Notes: generated from the sequence alone by a model not told the origin. A stretch of 64,000 nt of DNA from Tagaea sp. (GCA_965279525.1 CBDIIB010000004.1:416001-480000); one strand, 5' to 3'. Positions 31,371 to 41,819 are shown, counted from the stretch's first letter. A program made the numbers and translations.

Positions 31371-33463
31371 CCGACTCTCGCCAGCTTGAACGCGGCATCC
31401 CGCCCGAACAAATAGAGCAACGTGCGCAGCGCGCCGGATCTCGGGCCTTCCAGCTTCGGATCGCGCTCGATGGCAAGCCTGGCATCGTCGCGTGCGATCT
31501 CCAGCAGGTCGGCATGGACCGCAAGGTCAGCAAGCCGGAACTGCGGCAGGCCCGACTGCTTGGTGCCGAGCACTTCGCCCGCACCGCGCAGCTTCAGGTC
31601 CTCCTCCGCGATGCGGAAGCCGTCCTCGGTCTCGCGCAGGATCGATAGCCGCGCCTTGGCGGTCTCGCCCAGCGGCTGGCCGTAGAGCAGCAGGCACGAG
31701 CTTTCGCCCGATCCGCGCCCCACGCGCCCGCGCAACTGGTGGAGCTGGGCAAGGCCGAAGCGCTCGGCATGTTCGATCACCATCACGGTCGCACTCGGCA
31801 CGTTGACGCCGACTTCGATGACGGTCGTGGCCACCAGCACGCCCGGCGGCCCGTCGACGAACGCGGCCATCGCGGCGTCCTTCTGGGCGGCCTTGAGCTT
31901 GCCGTGGATCAGGTGCGTGCGACCTTCGCCAAGGCGATGTGAAAGTGCCGCGTGCCGCTCGGTCGCGGCGGCAAGGTCGAGGATTTCCGATTCGTCGACC
32001 AGCGGGCACACCCAGTAGACGCGCGCCCCCTTGTCGATCTGGCGCGCAATGCCGTCGATCACGTCATCCATGCGTTCGAGCGGCAGCGCCACGGTCTTGA
32101 TCGGCTTGCGGCCCGGCGGCTTCTCGGGAAGCTTCGAATTGTCCATGTCGCCGTAGGCGCACATCACCAACGTGCGCGGGATCGGCGTGGCGGTCATGAT
32201 CAGCGTGTCGACCTCGCCGTCCTCCGACAGGCCCTTGGCGGCGAAGGCGACGCGCTGGTGCACGCCGAAGCGGTGCTGCTCGTCGATGACGGCAAGGCCG
32301 AGCTCCTTGAACTCGACGCTCTCCTCGAACAGCGCATGCGTGCCGACCACCGCCGAAATGCGCCCCGAGGCGAGCCCTTCGAGCACGGCGGCCTTCGCCT
32401 TGCCCTTGTCGCGCCCGGTCAGCACCGCCACTTCGATACCGGCAAGTTCGGCAAGCGGGCGGATCGTGTCGTAGTGCTGGCGCGCGAGGATCTCGGTCGG
32501 CGCCATCAGGGCGGCCTGCAATCCGCATTCGACGGCGGCGAGCATCGCGAGGAACGCGACCACGGTCTTGCCGCTACCCACGTCGCCTTGCAGCAGGCGC
32601 TGCATGCGGCCCGGTGCCGCCATGTCGCCGAGGATTTCGGCGAGGGCCTGGAGCTGCGAGCCCGTCAGCTTGAAGGGCAGGGCTTTCAGCACCGTTTCGC
32701 GCAAACGTCCGTCGCCCTTGATCGCGCGCCCCTTGCGCCGCTTCTGGCTGAGGCGGACGAGGGCAAGCGCCATCTGGTTGGCGAGGAGTTCGTCGTAGGC
32801 GAGCCGGCGGCGCCAGGCCGTATCGGCCCGCGTGTCGGCCTCGTCGGCCGGTGCGTGCGCGCGCTCGATGGCGGCGCGCCAGGTCGGCCAGCCTTCGCGC
32901 GCGACGAGGGCGGCGTCGGCCCATTCTGGCAGCTCGGGCGCCTTGGCGATCGCCGCGCGCGTGGCCTTGGCAAGCAGCTTGGGCGACAGGCCGGCCGTCA
33001 GGCCGTAGACCGGCTCGACCGTCGCGATCTCGTCGAACTTGTCCGGCGGGCCGATATGGTCGGGATGGGCCATCTGCACGTCGTCGCGGAAGCGTTCGAC
33101 CCGGCCGCTGACGATGCGCGTCTCGCCCACGGGGAGCTGGCGCTCCAGATAGTCGCCCTTGGCATGGAAGAAGACGAGATCGATGGGCCCGGAATCATCC
33201 TCGCAGCGCACCTTGTAGGGAAGGCGCGGCGTGCGCGGCTTGACGTGCGCGACCACGGTCAGGCGCAGCGTGACGATGGCGCCCGAGGGCGCGTCGGCCA
33301 CCGGGGGCGAGAAGCGCCGGTCGACCAGGCCGGTCGGCAGGTGCCACAGCAGGTCGACCAGATGCGGGCCTGCCGCGCGCTCGACCAACGGCGCGATCTT
33401 CGGCCCGACACCGGGCAAAGTGCGCACGTCGGCAAAAAGCGGGAATAGGATCTGCGGACGCAT
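31367..33463 (-). CDS. recG: ATP-dependent DNA helicase RecG
   Basis: LQGDVGSGKT, DEQHRFG, MTATPIPRT, QLRGRVGRG. Confidence 0.98.
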   Translation of the reverse strand: MRPQILFPLFADVRTLPGVGPKIAPLVERAAGPHLVDLLWHLPTGLVDRRFSPPVADAPSGAIVTLRLTVVAHVKPRTPRLPYKVRCEDDSGPIDLVFFHAKGDYLERQLPVGETRIVSGRVERFRDDVQMAHPDHIGPPDKFDEIATVEPVYGLTAGLSPKLLAKATRAAIAKAPELPEWADAALVAREGWPTWRAAIERAHAPADEADTRADTAWRRRLAYDELLANQMALALVRLSQKRRKGRAIKGDGRLRETVLKALPFKLTGSQLQALAEILGDMAAPGRMQRLLQGDVGSGKTVVAFLAMLAAVECGLQAALMAPTEILARQHYDTIRPLAELAGIEVAVLTGRDKGKAKAAVLEGLASGRISAVVGTHALFEESVEFKELGLAVIDEQHRFGVHQRVAFAAKGLSEDGEVDTLIMTATPIPRTLVMCAYGDMDNSKLPEKPPGRKPIKTVALPLERMDDVIDGIARQIDKGARVYWVCPLVDESEILDLAAATERHAALSHRLGEGRTHLIHGKLKAAQKDAAMAAFVDGPPGVLVATTVIEVGVNVPSATVMVIEHAERFGLAQLHQLRGRVGRGSGESSCLLLYGQPLGETAKARLSILRETEDGFRIAEEDLKLRGAGEVLGTKQSGLPQFRLADLAVHADLLEIARDDARLAIERDPKLEGPRSGALRTLLYLFGRDAAFKLARVG

Positions 33464-33541
33464 GGGAGTGACGGTTCCGGCGGAGGGTGACAGCGTGGTC
33501 CAAGCCCGCTATATCCATGCCCCGATTCCAGCCAGGCCGCC

Positions 33542-33805
33542 ATGAGCGAATCTTTGGAAGCGCGCCGCAAGCGCTTGATCCACCGCAGCGTTTATACCGG
33601 CATGAAGGAGACCGACATCCTGCTCGGGACCTTCGCGCGCGCGCATGTGCCCGGATTCACGGCCGAACAGCTCGACAGCTACGATAAGCTCCTCCAGGCG
33701 GGCGATCCGAACATCCTCGACTGGGCCATGGGCCGGGCCGATCCGCCGGCTGAATACGAGAGCGACGTGCTACAGCTCCTTATCAACTTCAAACTACCCC
33801 TATAA
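33542..33805 (+). CDS. sdhE: Succinate dehydrogenase assembly factor SdhE/SDHAF2
   Basis: RRKRLIHRS..GMKETDILLG; conserved position between recG and mfd. Confidence 0.88.
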   Translation: MSESLEARRKRLIHRSVYTGMKETDILLGTFARAHVPGFTAEQLDSYDKLLQAGDPNILDWAMGRADPPAEYESDVLQLLINFKLPL

Positions 33806-33809
33806 GCCA

Positions 33810-36800
33810 TTGCTGAAACTATCATTCGACAATCGTCTCAAGGCCGGCCAACGCCTCGAGGTGGCGGGTGCGCCACCCGGCGTCGATGCCGGGGTGCTGG
33901 CGGCCCTGCTGCGCCAGGGCAGCGACGTGATCCACGTCGCGCGCGACGACGCGCGCGTGTCCGTGCTGGCCGAAGCGCTGGCCTTCGCAGGCGCCCGGGC
34001 GACCGTGCTGGGCTTCCCGGCGTGGGACTGCCTGCCTTACGACCGTGTCTCCCCCAACGGCGACGTGGTCAGCCGCCGGCTCGACGCGCTTGTCGACCTC
34101 GCCCAGCCGCCGGATGCCGGTGTCGGGCGGCGGATCGTGCTGACGACCGTCAACGCGATCACCCAGCGCGTCCCGGCCCGTGCGCGCTTCGCCGACGCGG
34201 TGTTCGTCGCCCGGCTCGGCGGCAAGCTGCGGCTCGACGAACTCGGCGCCTTCCTCGTGCGCGACGGCTACCGCCGCTCGGAAACCGTGCGCGAACCGGG
34301 CGAATATGCGCTGCGCGGCGGCATCGTCGACCTGTTCCCGCCGGGCCTGTCCGAACCGGTGCGCATCGACCTTTTCGGCGACACGATCGAACAGATCCGC
34401 CGCTTCGATCCGATGAGCCAGAAGAGCACCGGCAAGCTCGACGCGTTCGCGCTGAAGCCCGTCAGCGAAGTGCTGCTCGATCCGGCATCGATCGAGCGCT
34501 TCCGGCTCGGTTATCGCGAGAATTTCGGCGCCGTCGACGACCGCGACGCGCTCTATGCCGCCGTGTCAGCCGGCCAGCGCTATGCCGGCCTCGAACACTG
34601 GCTGCCGCTGTTCCATGACGGGCTGGAAACGCTGTTCGACTATCTGCCGAGCGCCGTCGTCAGCCTCGACGCGCAGGTGGACGAGGCGGCGGCCGCACGG
34701 TTCGAACAGATCGACGAGTTCTTCGAGGCGCGCAAGCTCGCCCGCGAGGCGTTCCGGCGCGGCCAGTCGGCCGACAAGTTCGGCGAGACGGCGACGAGCT
34801 ACAACCCGCTACCGCCCGATGCGCTTTATCTGAAATCCAAGGAATGGACGAAGCTGCTGGCCACGCGCGCGGTCGTGGCACTCACGCCGTTCGCGCGGCC
34901 TGTTGCGGCGGATTGCCTCGATGCCGGCGGGCGCGGGGGCATCGATTTCTCGGCCGACCGCGCCAAGACCGACACCAACCTGTTCGATGCCGTGCGCGCG
35001 CGCGTGGCGGCCGAGCGGGTCGCGGGCCGGCGCGTGCTGGTCTGCGCCTATTCGGCCGGATCGCGCGAGCGGCTCGCACACCTGCTGCACGAGCACGGTC
35101 TCAGCGAGACGGCCGTCGTCAAGAATGTCGACGAGTTGGAGGCGCTGCCCGATCAGGTCGTCGCCACGACCGTGCTGGGCCTCGAAAACGGCTTCACGAC
35201 CGACACCATCGCCGCGATCACCGAACAGGACGTGCTCGGCGACCGGCTGGTGCGTGCCGCACGCAAGCGCCGCCGGCCCGAGAATTTCCTCACCGAGGCG
35301 GCCGCGCTGGGCGAAGGCGATCTCGTCGTGCATGTCGATCACGGGATCGGGCGCTATGACGGGCTGGTCACCATCGACGTGGCGGGCGCGCCGCACGACT
35401 GCCTGCGCATCCTCTATGCCGACAACGACAAGCTCTTCGTGCCGGTCGAGAACATCGAGATGCTGTCGCGCTTCGGCTCGGAAGAGGCGGGGGCACAGCT
35501 CGACAAGCTCGGCGGGGCCGGCTGGCAGGCGCGCAAGGCACGCGTCAAGAAGCGCGTGGCCGAGATCGCCGACCAGCTCATCAAGCTGGCTGCCGAACGG
35601 CGCATGAAGGACGGCGAGCGCCTCGCCCCGCCCGACGGGCTGTTCGACGAGTTCTGCGCGCGCTTCCCCTATGTCGAGACCGAGGACCAGGCGCGCGCGA
35701 TTTCCGACACGCTCGAGGATCTTGCCGCCGGCAAGCCGATGGACCGGCTCATCTGCGGCGACGTGGGCTTCGGAAAGACCGAGGTGGCGCTGCGCGCGGC
35801 CTTCGTGGCGGCGATGGCCGGCGTGCAGGTCGCGGTCGTGGTGCCCACCACGCTGCTCGCCCGCCAGCATTTCCGAAATTTCAAGGCCCGCTTCGAGGGC
35901 TTCCCGATCCGCATCGCGCAGCTTTCGCGCCTCGTCAACGCCAAGGACCAGCAGCAGGCGCGCGAGGACGCGGAAGCCGGCCGCGTCGAGATCGTCGTCG
36001 GCACGACCGCGTTGCTCGCCAAGTCGATCAAGTTCAAGCAGCTCGGGCTCGTCGTCGTCGACGAGGAGCAGCATTTCGGCGTCGCGCAGAAGGAGCGACT
36101 CAAGGAACTGCGCGCCGACGTGCATGTGCTGACACTATCGGCCACGCCGATCCCGCGCACGCTCCAGATGGCGCTGGCCGGCGTGCGCGACCTGTCGCTG
36201 ATCGCGAGCCCGCCGGTGGATCGCCTCGCCGTGCGCAGTTTCGTGCTGCCGTTCGACCCGGTCGTCATCCGCGAAGCGATCATGCGCGAGAAGTTCCGCG
36301 GCGGGCAGGTGTTCTATGTCGTGCCGCGCATCGAGGATCTGGGTGCGGTGCGCGACCGTCTCCAGCAGGTGGTGCCGGAGTGCAAGATCGCCATCGCCCA
36401 CGGCCAGCTTGCCCCCGGCCAGATCGAGGACGTGATGGTGGGGTTCGTCGACGGCAGCTACGACATCATGCTGTCGACCAACATCATCGAAAGCGGCCTC
36501 GACATCCCGAGCGCCAACACGATCATCATCCACCGCGCCGACATGTTCGGCCTGGCCCAGCTCTATCAGCTGCGCGGGCGCGTGGGCCGCGCCAAGCTGC
36601 GCGCCTATGCCTATTTCACCGTGCCCGGCGACAAGGTACTGACGGCCGGCGCCCAGAAGCGGCTCGAAGTCATGCAGACGCTCGACAGCCTCGGGGCGGG
36701 CTTCCAGCTCGCCTCCTACGATCTCGACATCCGCGGGGCGGGGAACCTGCTGGGCGAGGAACAGTCGGGCCATATCCGCGAGGTGGGCGTCGAGCTCTAC

Positions 36801-37313
36801 CAGCAGATGCTCGAAGACGCCGTGCATGCCGCACGCGTCGCCGGCCCGAAGACGGCGGTCGACGAATGGGCGCCGCAGATCGGCATCGGCACGCCCGTGC
36901 TGATCCCGGACACCTACGTCGAGGATCTCAACGTGCGCCTCGGCCTCTACCGGCGCATCGCCACGCTAGTCGAGCGCGTCGAGATCGACGCGTTCGCCGC
37001 CGAGCTCGTCGACCGCTTCGGCAAGCTGCCGGCCGAAGTGCAGAACCTGCTCGACATCATCGAACTGAAGCGCCTGTGCAAGGCGGCCGGCGTGGACAAG
37101 GTCGATGCCGGGCCCAAGGGGGCCGTCATCGGCTTCCGCAAGAACAAGTTCGCCCAGCCCGAGCGGCTCATCCAGCTCGTGTTCAAGCAGCCGACGGTGC
37201 TGAAGCTGCGCCCCGACCACAAGCTCGTCTATCTGCGCGCGTGGGATGACCCGGCCGACCGGCTGAAGGGCATGCGCAAATTTCTGGGCGAACTGGCCAA
37301 GCTCGTCGCCTAG
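33810..37313 (+). CDS. mfd: Transcription-repair coupling factor
   Basis: FPAWDCLPYDRVSP, HGIGRY, CGDVGFGKTE, DEEQHFG, GNLLGEEQSGH; probable TTG start. Confidence 0.98.
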   Translation: MLKLSFDNRLKAGQRLEVAGAPPGVDAGVLAALLRQGSDVIHVARDDARVSVLAEALAFAGARATVLGFPAWDCLPYDRVSPNGDVVSRRLDALVDLAQPPDAGVGRRIVLTTVNAITQRVPARARFADAVFVARLGGKLRLDELGAFLVRDGYRRSETVREPGEYALRGGIVDLFPPGLSEPVRIDLFGDTIEQIRRFDPMSQKSTGKLDAFALKPVSEVLLDPASIERFRLGYRENFGAVDDRDALYAAVSAGQRYAGLEHWLPLFHDGLETLFDYLPSAVVSLDAQVDEAAAARFEQIDEFFEARKLAREAFRRGQSADKFGETATSYNPLPPDALYLKSKEWTKLLATRAVVALTPFARPVAADCLDAGGRGGIDFSADRAKTDTNLFDAVRARVAAERVAGRRVLVCAYSAGSRERLAHLLHEHGLSETAVVKNVDELEALPDQVVATTVLGLENGFTTDTIAAITEQDVLGDRLVRAARKRRRPENFLTEAAALGEGDLVVHVDHGIGRYDGLVTIDVAGAPHDCLRILYADNDKLFVPVENIEMLSRFGSEEAGAQLDKLGGAGWQARKARVKKRVAEIADQLIKLAAERRMKDGERLAPPDGLFDEFCARFPYVETEDQARAISDTLEDLAAGKPMDRLICGDVGFGKTEVALRAAFVAAMAGVQVAVVVPTTLLARQHFRNFKARFEGFPIRIAQLSRLVNAKDQQQAREDAEAGRVEIVVGTTALLAKSIKFKQLGLVVVDEEQHFGVAQKERLKELRADVHVLTLSATPIPRTLQMALAGVRDLSLIASPPVDRLAVRSFVLPFDPVVIREAIMREKFRGGQVFYVVPRIEDLGAVRDRLQQVVPECKIAIAHGQLAPGQIEDVMVGFVDGSYDIMLSTNIIESGLDIPSANTIIIHRADMFGLAQLYQLRGRVGRAKLRAYAYFTVPGDKVLTAGAQKRLEVMQTLDSLGAGFQLASYDLDIRGAGNLLGEEQSGHIREVGVELYQQMLEDAVHAARVAGPKTAVDEWAPQIGIGTPVLIPDTYVEDLNVRLGLYRRIATLVERVEIDAFAAELVDRFGKLPAEVQNLLDIIELKRLCKAAGVDKVDAGPKGAVIGFRKNKFAQPERLIQLVFKQPTVLKLRPDHKLVYLRAWDDPADRLKGMRKFLGELAKLVA

Positions 37314-37987
37314 CCGCACTTTCCCCAGTCGCGCGCGTAGGCCGCGTTCGTGTCCATCGCGGCGTGCCGGGAATTCGCGGCGGCGAGTGCCCCCTGAAAC
37401 GCATCGCCGATGGGCTTGGCAAGCATCTGCTTGTAGCGTTCGCCGACCACCTGCGGGCTGATGTTCTCGCCCTCCATCGTCGGCAGGGCCGGGATGAAGG
37501 CGGCAAGAACCTGCTCGATGCGCCGCTTGGCATCCTCGATGCAGTCGAGATTGATGCGCGCATGGCGGTTCTCGTGCTCGAGCACCACCTCGCGCCGGCA
37601 GGTCGCGACCTGGGTGGCGTCGCGCGCCACATAGACATGGTGCGCTTCCATGCCGACATCCACCTCGATGCGGGCGGGCTTCATGCAGCTGCGCTTGCCG
37701 TCACGCTTGCCGTTGAGCGTGATCAGCCAGTTGGTCTGGAAATTCGCCGTCGTCAGGCCGGCGGGCCGCTTGCCGTGCTGGGTGAGCGTGCCCTTGGGGC
37801 CGGCGCGCTCGGCCGTGATGCGGGCGAGATCGGCGATGGTCAACGAATAATCGTAGCTCGGCGCCTTCGGGCGCGGACGCACGATGATCGCCGCCTTCTC
37901 CGACGGGCACAGCGGCGACTGCGCTTGCGCATCGCTTGCGGCGAACGCGACGAGCCCGCCCAGGAACGCGCGGCGCGTCAGGCACAC
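37310..37987 (-). CDS. Tat-exported predicted Zn-dependent protease (DUF922-like)
   Basis: TRRAFLG twin-arginine signal, AGLT, HExxH (HENRH). Confidence 0.65.
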   Translation of the reverse strand: MCLTRRAFLGGLVAFAASDAQAQSPLCPSEKAAIIVRPRPKAPSYDYSLTIADLARITAERAGPKGTLTQHGKRPAGLTTANFQTNWLITLNGKRDGKRSCMKPARIEVDVGMEAHHVYVARDATQVATCRREVVLEHENRHARINLDCIEDAKRRIEQVLAAFIPALPTMEGENISPQVVGERYKQMLAKPIGDAFQGALAAANSRHAAMDTNAAYARDWGKCG

Positions 37988-38003
37988 GCAGCCGGACAGG
38001 AGC

Positions 38004-38642
38004 CTACTGGGCGGCGGCACTTTCGCGCACGCGCTGGAACACTTGCGCGAATGTCTCGGGCGGCTGCGCGCCGGAGACCATGAATTTCCGGTCGACGACG
38101 AAGCATGGCACGCCATTGATACCGATCTTGCGCGCGAACGCGTCTTCCTCGCGGATCAGTTCGTCGTCCTCGTCCGACACGAGGTAGGCGCGCACGGAAG
38201 CCGCGTCGAGGCCGCAGCCGGCCGCCACGTCGACCAGCACGTCGACATCGCCAACGTCGAGCGCCTTGACGAAATAGGCGAGGAACAGTGCTTCGACGAC
38301 CGCATCCTGTTGGCCGGCACGCTCGGCGAAACGGTTGAGCCGGTGGGCGCGCACCGTGTTGGGCGTGCGCTGCATGCGGTCGAACGCGAAGGGGATGCCT
38401 TCTTCGAGACCGGCGGCGATCACGTGTTGGTAGCGGTTGCCGCCGTCGGAATCGCCGAACTTGGCGCGCAGATAGTCTTTTCGCGACATGCCGTCGGCCG
38501 GCATTTCCGGATTGAGCTGGAACGGCCGCCAGCCCACCTCGACGCTGCCCGGCGGCTCGGCGGCGAGCGCTCGTTCCAGCCGGCGTTTGCCGATATAGCA
38601 CCACGGGCAGATCACGTCGGAGACGATGTCGATCTTGATCAT
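38004..38642 (-). CDS. DsbA/FrnE-family oxidoreductase
   Basis: SDVICPWCYIG, PFQLNP, GVP, SGAQP. Confidence 0.93.
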   Translation of the reverse strand: MIKIDIVSDVICPWCYIGKRRLERALAAEPPGSVEVGWRPFQLNPEMPADGMSRKDYLRAKFGDSDGGNRYQHVIAAGLEEGIPFAFDRMQRTPNTVRAHRLNRFAERAGQQDAVVEALFLAYFVKALDVGDVDVLVDVAAGCGLDAASVRAYLVSDEDDELIREEDAFARKIGINGVPCFVVDRKFMVSGAQPPETFAQVFQRVRESAAAQ

Positions 38643-38667
38643 CGGCCGAATCCTAGCATCTGGAGCG

Positions 38668-38696
38668 TTGACGGGGTAGCGCGGTCTGCCGACAAT
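38668..38696 (+). promoter_or_regulatory. Putative sigma-70 promoter of the lva-like operon
   Basis: TTGACG-N17-GACAAT, followed by GGAGG RBS and TTG start at 38726. Confidence 0.55.
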
Positions 38697-38725
38697 CGTA
38701 TGTCGTCAGTCCGGGAGGAAATGAC

Positions 38726-40384
38726 TTGGCCGCCAGACGAAAAACCAAACGCACCGTCGCGTCGATGTACGAGGCCGACCTCGGCAAGGTCGCGGCGAAC
38801 CACGAGCCGCTGACGCCGATCTCGTTCCTGTTCCGCTCGGCCGCGGTCTATCCGCGCAAGGTCGCGGTCGTGCACGGGCGCGCGCGACATACCTACGCGC
38901 AGTTCGCCGCGCGCGTGCGCCGGTTCGCGGACGCGCTGGTCAAGAACGGCCTGAAGCGCGGCGAGACCGTCGCGGTGATGGCGCCCAACGTGCCGGCGAT
39001 GCTGGCGGCGCACTATGCCGTGCCGCTCGCCGGTGGCGTTCTCAACGCGCTGAACTATCGGCTCGACGCGGCGACGATCGCCTTCATCCTCGAACACGGG
39101 GCCGCCAAGATCCTGCTGGTCGACCGCGAGTTCGCGCCCACGGTCCAGGCGGCACTGGAGAAGGTGAAGAAGAAGCCGCTCGTGATCGACATCGACGACC
39201 GCGAATACAAGGGCGAGGGCCCGCGCCTGAGTGCGGTCGAGTACGAGGAATTCCTCAAGCAGGGGCGCCCGGACTATGAGGGCCGCTGGCCGACCGACGA
39301 ATGGCAGGCGATCTGCCTGCTCTACACGTCCGGCACCACGGGCGATCCCAAGGGCGTCGTCTACCATCACCGCGGCGCCTATCTCAACGCGCTGGGCAAC
39401 GCGCTGGCCTTCGGCGTGCGGCCCGACAGCGTCTATCTGTGGACGCTGCCGATGTTCCACTGCTCGGGCTGGAGCTATACGTGGGCGGTCACGGCGGTCG
39501 GCGGCACGCATGTCTGCCTGCGCCGCGTCGATCCGGCCCTCATCTTTCCGTCGATCCGCGACAATGGCGTGACGCACATGTGCGGGGCACCCATCGTGCT
39601 CAACACGCTGGCCCATGCACCCGCCGACGTGAAGCTTGCCTTGCCGCACCGGGTCGAGGTGATGACCGGCGGTGCCGCCCCGCCGTCGGCGATCATCGCG
39701 TCGATGGAGGCGATGGGTTTCCGCGTCACGCACGCCTACGGCCTGACCGAAAGCTACGGCCCCGCGACCTTGTGCGAGTGGCAGCCGGGCTGGCCCGACC
39801 TGCCCGTCGACGAGCGTGCAAGACTGATGGCGCGCCAGGGCGTGGGCTATCCCACGCTGGGCGCACTTGCGGTGCTCGACGCGAAGTCGAAGCCGGTCCC
39901 CGCCGACGGGCAGACGATGGGCGAGATCGCACTTCGCGGCAACACGGTGATGAAGGGCTATCTCAAGAACCCGAAGGCGACGCGCAAGGCGTTCAAGGGC
40001 GGCTGGTTCCGCACCGGCGATCTCGCCGTCCGACACCAGGACGGATACATCGAGGTCAAGGACCGCTCGAAGGACGTGATCATTTCCGGTGGCGAGAATA
40101 TTTCTTCCCTCGAGGTCGAGGAGGCGCTCTACCGGCACCCGGCCGTCATGGAAGCAGCCGTCGTCGCCAAGCCGGACGAGAAATGGGGCGAAACGCCCTG
40201 CGCCTTCATCACGCTGAAGCCCGGCGTGACGGGCATCAGCGGTGCGGAGATGATCGACTGGCTGCGCGGGCGCATCGCGCGGTACAAGTGTCCGCGCCAC
40301 GTCGTGTTCGGCGCGCTGCCCAAGACGTCGACCGGCAAGATCCAGAAATACGCGCTGCGCGCGCGGGCAAGGGAGATCGTTTGA
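38726..40384 (+). CDS. Acyl-CoA synthetase (LvaE-like)
   Basis: ANHEPLTPISFL, YTSGTTGDPKGVVYHHRGAYLNA, YLWTLPMFHC, LPKTSTGKIQK. Confidence 0.93.
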   Translation: MAARRKTKRTVASMYEADLGKVAANHEPLTPISFLFRSAAVYPRKVAVVHGRARHTYAQFAARVRRFADALVKNGLKRGETVAVMAPNVPAMLAAHYAVPLAGGVLNALNYRLDAATIAFILEHGAAKILLVDREFAPTVQAALEKVKKKPLVIDIDDREYKGEGPRLSAVEYEEFLKQGRPDYEGRWPTDEWQAICLLYTSGTTGDPKGVVYHHRGAYLNALGNALAFGVRPDSVYLWTLPMFHCSGWSYTWAVTAVGGTHVCLRRVDPALIFPSIRDNGVTHMCGAPIVLNTLAHAPADVKLALPHRVEVMTGGAAPPSAIIASMEAMGFRVTHAYGLTESYGPATLCEWQPGWPDLPVDERARLMARQGVGYPTLGALAVLDAKSKPVPADGQTMGEIALRGNTVMKGYLKNPKATRKAFKGGWFRTGDLAVRHQDGYIEVKDRSKDVIISGGENISSLEVEEALYRHPAVMEAAVVAKPDEKWGETPCAFITLKPGVTGISGAEMIDWLRGRIARYKCPRHVVFGALPKTSTGKIQKYALRARAREIV

Positions 40385-41148
40385 GTTCCATCTTCGACCT
40401 CGCCGGCAAGGTCGCCCTCGTGACGGGGGCCTCGTCCGGTCTCGGCCGCCACATGGCGCTGACGCTCGCGCGGGCAGGGGCCCGCGTGGCGCTTGCCGCC
40501 CGCCGGGTCGACCGGCTGGAAGAACTCGCCGCCGAGATCGCCGCCTTCGACGGCCGCGCCCTTCCCGTTGCGATGGACGTGACCGACAGTGCCAGCGTCA
40601 CGCGCGCGATCGCGGAAGCCGAAACCGAACTTGGCGGGCTTGCCATCTGCGTCAACAACGCCGGCATCGCGCTGAAGGAGGACCTCGCCGACATCGACGA
40701 TCCGGCTTGGGCGCAGACGATGGCGACCAACCTCGACGGCGCCAACCGCGTGGCGCGCGCGGCCGCCGCCGCGATGGTCGCGCACGGGCATGGCGGGTCG
40801 ATCGTCAACATCGCGTCGATCCTGGGGCTGCGCACCAGCGTCCGCGTTCCAGCCTATGCGGCGGCGAAGGCAGCAATCATCAGCCTGACGCAGACCATGG
40901 CGCTGGGCCATGCGAAATCCGGCATCCGCGTCAACGCGATCGCGCCCGGCTACATCGAGACCGATCTCAATCGCGCCTATCTGCAGACGCCCGCCGGTGC
41001 CAAGATGGTCGCGCGCGTGGCGCTGGCACGATTCGGCCAGCCGGCCGATCTCGACGGCGCGCTCCTGCTTCTCGCCTCGGACGCCGGACGCTACATGACG
41101 GGCACGACTCTCGTCGTCGACGGCGGCCATACCCTCGCTTTCCTCTGA
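40381..41148 (+). CDS. Short-chain dehydrogenase/reductase (LvaD-like position)
   Basis: TGASSGLG, NNAG, YAAAK, NAIAPG; TTGA overlap. Confidence 0.92.
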   Translation: MSSIFDLAGKVALVTGASSGLGRHMALTLARAGARVALAARRVDRLEELAAEIAAFDGRALPVAMDVTDSASVTRAIAEAETELGGLAICVNNAGIALKEDLADIDDPAWAQTMATNLDGANRVARAAAAAMVAHGHGGSIVNIASILGLRTSVRVPAYAAAKAAIISLTQTMALGHAKSGIRVNAIAPGYIETDLNRAYLQTPAGAKMVARVALARFGQPADLDGALLLLASDAGRYMTGTTLVVDGGHTLAFL

Positions 41149-41162
41149 ACGGAGACCCCACG

Positions 41163-41807
41163 ATGATCGTCGACGTCCGCACCTACACCGCATTTCCGGG
41201 CAAACTGCCGGCCTATTTCGCCGAGTATCCTGTGGAGGCGTTCGACGTGCAGAAGCGCCATCTGGGCGCGCCGCTGGGCTACTATCATGTCGACGTCGGT
41301 ACGGTGAACACGCTCATCCACATCTGGGGCTACAAGGACATCGCCGACCGCCAGGCGCGCCGCGACGCGATGGCCGCCGATCCGGCGTGGAAGGCGTGGC
41401 TCGCCCAGGGGCAGGGCCGCTTCGCGTCGCAGGAAAACCGGATCATGAAGCCGGCACCTTTCTGGCCGATGCCGGGCCAGCCTTCGGGCAGCTACGGGCT
41501 TGTCGACTATCGCCTCTACACCACGTTCCACGGCAAGGCGCCGGAGTTCATGAAGGTCTACGAGACCAAGGGCCTCGCGACCCAACTCAAGCATCTGGGC
41601 AATTGCGTGGGCTGGTATCAGGCGGACATCGGCGGACTCAACCAGGTCCTGCACATGTGGGGTTACAAGGACGCGGCGGACCGCCAGACGCGCCGCGCCG
41701 CGATGGCGGCCGATCCCGCATGGGGCGAATACCTGAAGGCCGCCACGCCGCTGCTGGCTCGGATGGAAACCCAGCTGCTGCTCAACGCGCCCTTCTTCAA
41801 GCCGTAA
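41163..41807 (+). CDS. Tandem two-domain NIPSNAP protein
   Basis: Two ~100-aa repeats: RTY...HIWGYKDIADRQARRDAMAADPAW and RLY...HMWGYKDAADRQTRRAAMAADPAW. Confidence 0.9.
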   Translation: MIVDVRTYTAFPGKLPAYFAEYPVEAFDVQKRHLGAPLGYYHVDVGTVNTLIHIWGYKDIADRQARRDAMAADPAWKAWLAQGQGRFASQENRIMKPAPFWPMPGQPSGSYGLVDYRLYTTFHGKAPEFMKVYETKGLATQLKHLGNCVGWYQADIGGLNQVLHMWGYKDAADRQTRRAAMAADPAWGEYLKAATPLLARMETQLLLNAPFFKP

Positions 41808-41819
41808 CGGAAACAACCG

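Noticed and set aside
38726-40384. Acyl-CoA synthetase as the p-coumarate:CoA ligase for PYP
   Set aside because: Sequence and operon context fit an LvaE-type short-chain acyl-CoA synthetase; nothing links it to pyp.
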